64,000 nucleotides of DNA from Glycera tridactyla. Its lineage: Eukaryota. The notes beneath the pieces are model-generated. The model did no database searches. It was given only the letters and a program-made list of their open reading frames with translations, and was not told the origin of the DNA. Within the stretch, counting starts at the first letter, position 1; each line of letters opens with the position of its first letter. This document shows positions 57,001-60,000 of the stretch, in pieces. The stretch lies in assembly GCA_965644265.1 (NCBI GenBank), contig OZ286471.1:46748001-46812000 (forward strand). The letters run 5' to 3'. A program made the position numbers and the translations under genes.

Positions 57001-60000
57001 GGGTGCTCTCTATGATCTACTCAGATTCTCACTGCCTTATGCTCTATCCATGTGTATCATGTGAGATGTAGAAACTGATTATATGGCTGAAAATGAATCA
57101 TCCAAGTAATGTGGGCTTAGCGAGAGGAGCAGAGAGCACAATGCCTCAACACGAACCTCGAACAAACCCGGTATCTTTCATTGGGTAGCGATGATCCGCC
57201 AATGGTCACGGGCGATTGTTTGGCACGATGCAGGGATTCACTCAGCCCTGGGGATATGAGTTCCCAATCTCACCAATATTCCACATGATGATAGTTAATT
57301 CAAATCATACTTCCTACAGAGGAGTAATCAATTGTGCAGGCGCATTTGTGATGTCAGTCTTTACTGTCCGACAGACATGGTATGTGGGGAACCACGACCA
57401 ACGACTGCTTCGACATTGTCAACAACACGAAGTGACTGCTGGATCCCTACCACTGGTGGTACTGCGGGCTACCGTTCAGTCTGCACCTTCCCATTCAGCT
57501 ACAAAAATGTGGTTTACACTGGATGCTCCACCGTCGATAATAGCGGGAGGGCCTGGTGTTATACTTCATATGACTATGAGAATGATCATCTCTGGGGAAA
57601 TTGTGGAGGTATGTGTACACGCCTGTATGAAAATTACAGGATGTTGATCTGTGGAAAGTAGATTCATATTGATATGAAGTCCACAGTACTGAAGTTCTGC
57701 TGCTAACCAAATGGTGACCCCTAGCTGCCCAAATTCATGTGTATATCAAAAACTAGAAATGCATTTCTGCCTCAATCTGCCTCTTACAAAATCCTTCATT
57801 TGCTCAGCCAGCATTACAGAATGGAATTCTCCAAGTATGTATCATACAATCGGTCAAAATATTGTAGGCCAGCAGATTTTTTAATCTTGAAGAATCCGTC
57901 AAAAGATATTCGAAATGATATTATATTCCGTCGCACTGTGAGTGTACTCACTAGGTTTGACTGAACCTTGTTCTGTCCTTTCCTCAAACTAAATCACAAT
58001 CAGGGTAGGTCTTGTATCTTCAGTTCTGTAGTCTCTTTGATGAGGTGTGAATTGTCAGTGAAGGCTTATTGATGTATCAAATCTGTCTTGTAGCGCTTGT
58101 GTGTGGTGAGCCCCGGCCGACCACCCCGGCTACAGCTACAACCAGTAATAGGGACTGTTGGATCCCAACCATTGGGGGTACAGCCATCCAAAGATCAGTC
58201 TGTATCTTCCCATTCTCGTACAAGGATGTTGTCTACACTGGGTGCAGTGATGTCGATAATGGGGGTATCCCATGGTGTTACACCTCTTATGACTATAAAG
58301 ACGATCACCTGTGGGGAAACTGTGGAGGTATGTCCCTGAAATACGATGATAGATATTGATTGGGTGAAAGAAATGATTGAATTTCTATAGGTTAGAATAA
58401 TGCATTGGTGAACCATTTTGCCAACCCTGAGTGAGATTTTTCGGACAAGTGGCACTGAAAAATAGGTTTTACAGGATGTATGTACATTTATACATGTATT
58501 ATCTTCAATCGATACCCTGTCCTGTAAATTGAAACAAAGCTTGCTTCAGATTTCAGTTGAGCATTGAGCAGACTACAATTAGATACTTTGATAATACTGA
58601 TTACATTGATTCGCAGAGATGTTCTTCGTGATCCGTATATCTGTGTGCATCAAATATATATCTGGTACACAATGTCAGGACACTAATTCCACATAACTGA
58701 GCGAAATGTATGACAGAATCAATATAGCATCTTTTCTTTACTCGTCTATACGTTTCTCATATTTGGCACCTCATTGCACGTTGAGATTTTACGTATGGGA
58801 AGTTTGATCGTCTTTTGGCTTGATGATTCCTATCCTAAAAGATGGCGAATCCTTAGAGCTCGAACTTCAACCTGAAGGTTAAATAATCAGCCTGGTCTCG
58901 CTTTGCGATCTTCTATTTTACAGAGATAGTGTGTGGTGAACCACGCCCAACAACCGCATCCACCATGACGACCACTGCAAGTGACTGCTACATTCCTACG
59001 ATAGGTGGCACTGCAGGACAGCCATCTGTCTGCATTTTCCCTTTCAGCTACCGAGGTGTTGACTATACAGGATGCTCCACTGTGGATAACAGTGGATATC
59101 CTTGGTGTTATACCTCTTATGATTATCGAAATGACCATTTGTGGGGGAACTGTCAAGGTATGTCTTGATCCCATTATATCTACATCGTAGTCTTCGCCTC
59201 TAGTGATTGATGTATGCTGCAACATTCGATGCAATTCATCGAAGACTGACTCCTTCTGCTTCCCACCTCCTCCCTGTAGACAGATCCCTGACTTCACTAT
59301 CAGTATATTCTAAGAGAGGCATTGACACTGAGCTTTCCTTATGGGACATGATTGCCGGAAAGAATCGCTCGTCTAAGCCCCGCCTACTGTTTATCCGGCA
59401 TCGGTTGACCTCATGCATTAGATATTGCCAAGACCATTTGGCAGAGAATTAGCCTGGATCATGTAAGTATGCTTTGGAGTTGTCTCGTACCGAAATGTAG
59501 TTAATCACTTGTATTTGATGAATAATTTATATTCCATCTAGTGGCAGAATTTTTTGGAAAAATCCACTGATCTCCTACACCAGGTTCACACTCTCACGCC
59601 CTATGTATCATATTCAATACCTGTGACCATATCTCGCTTCCCTGTATTATTCCTTTTCCTAACCAGCCCAGAGTTGTAGTCTAACTATACATGGTCGTGA
59701 GTTCAGAACTAACCAGACATATGATCCTGATACTATGCTTCAATGTATTCATCACCGCTTCTTTTCCCTATTCACATATGAAGAAGCAAAGAGGTTCTGG
59801 TCTACCCTATCATCCTTTCCGATTTTTCACATGTGATGTGATACGTATCTCCTGAGAGCAGTGTTGATGTGCAAACTTCTTCTGCTAAGTTTAGATGCTT
59901 ATAGGTGGAGGTGCGCATATAGTTTGGTAAATTAATGAGTGCTGATGATATTGTGGAAAAGAGAAGAATAAGGAAAGTTCAGAGGAATAGGAGAAGAGAG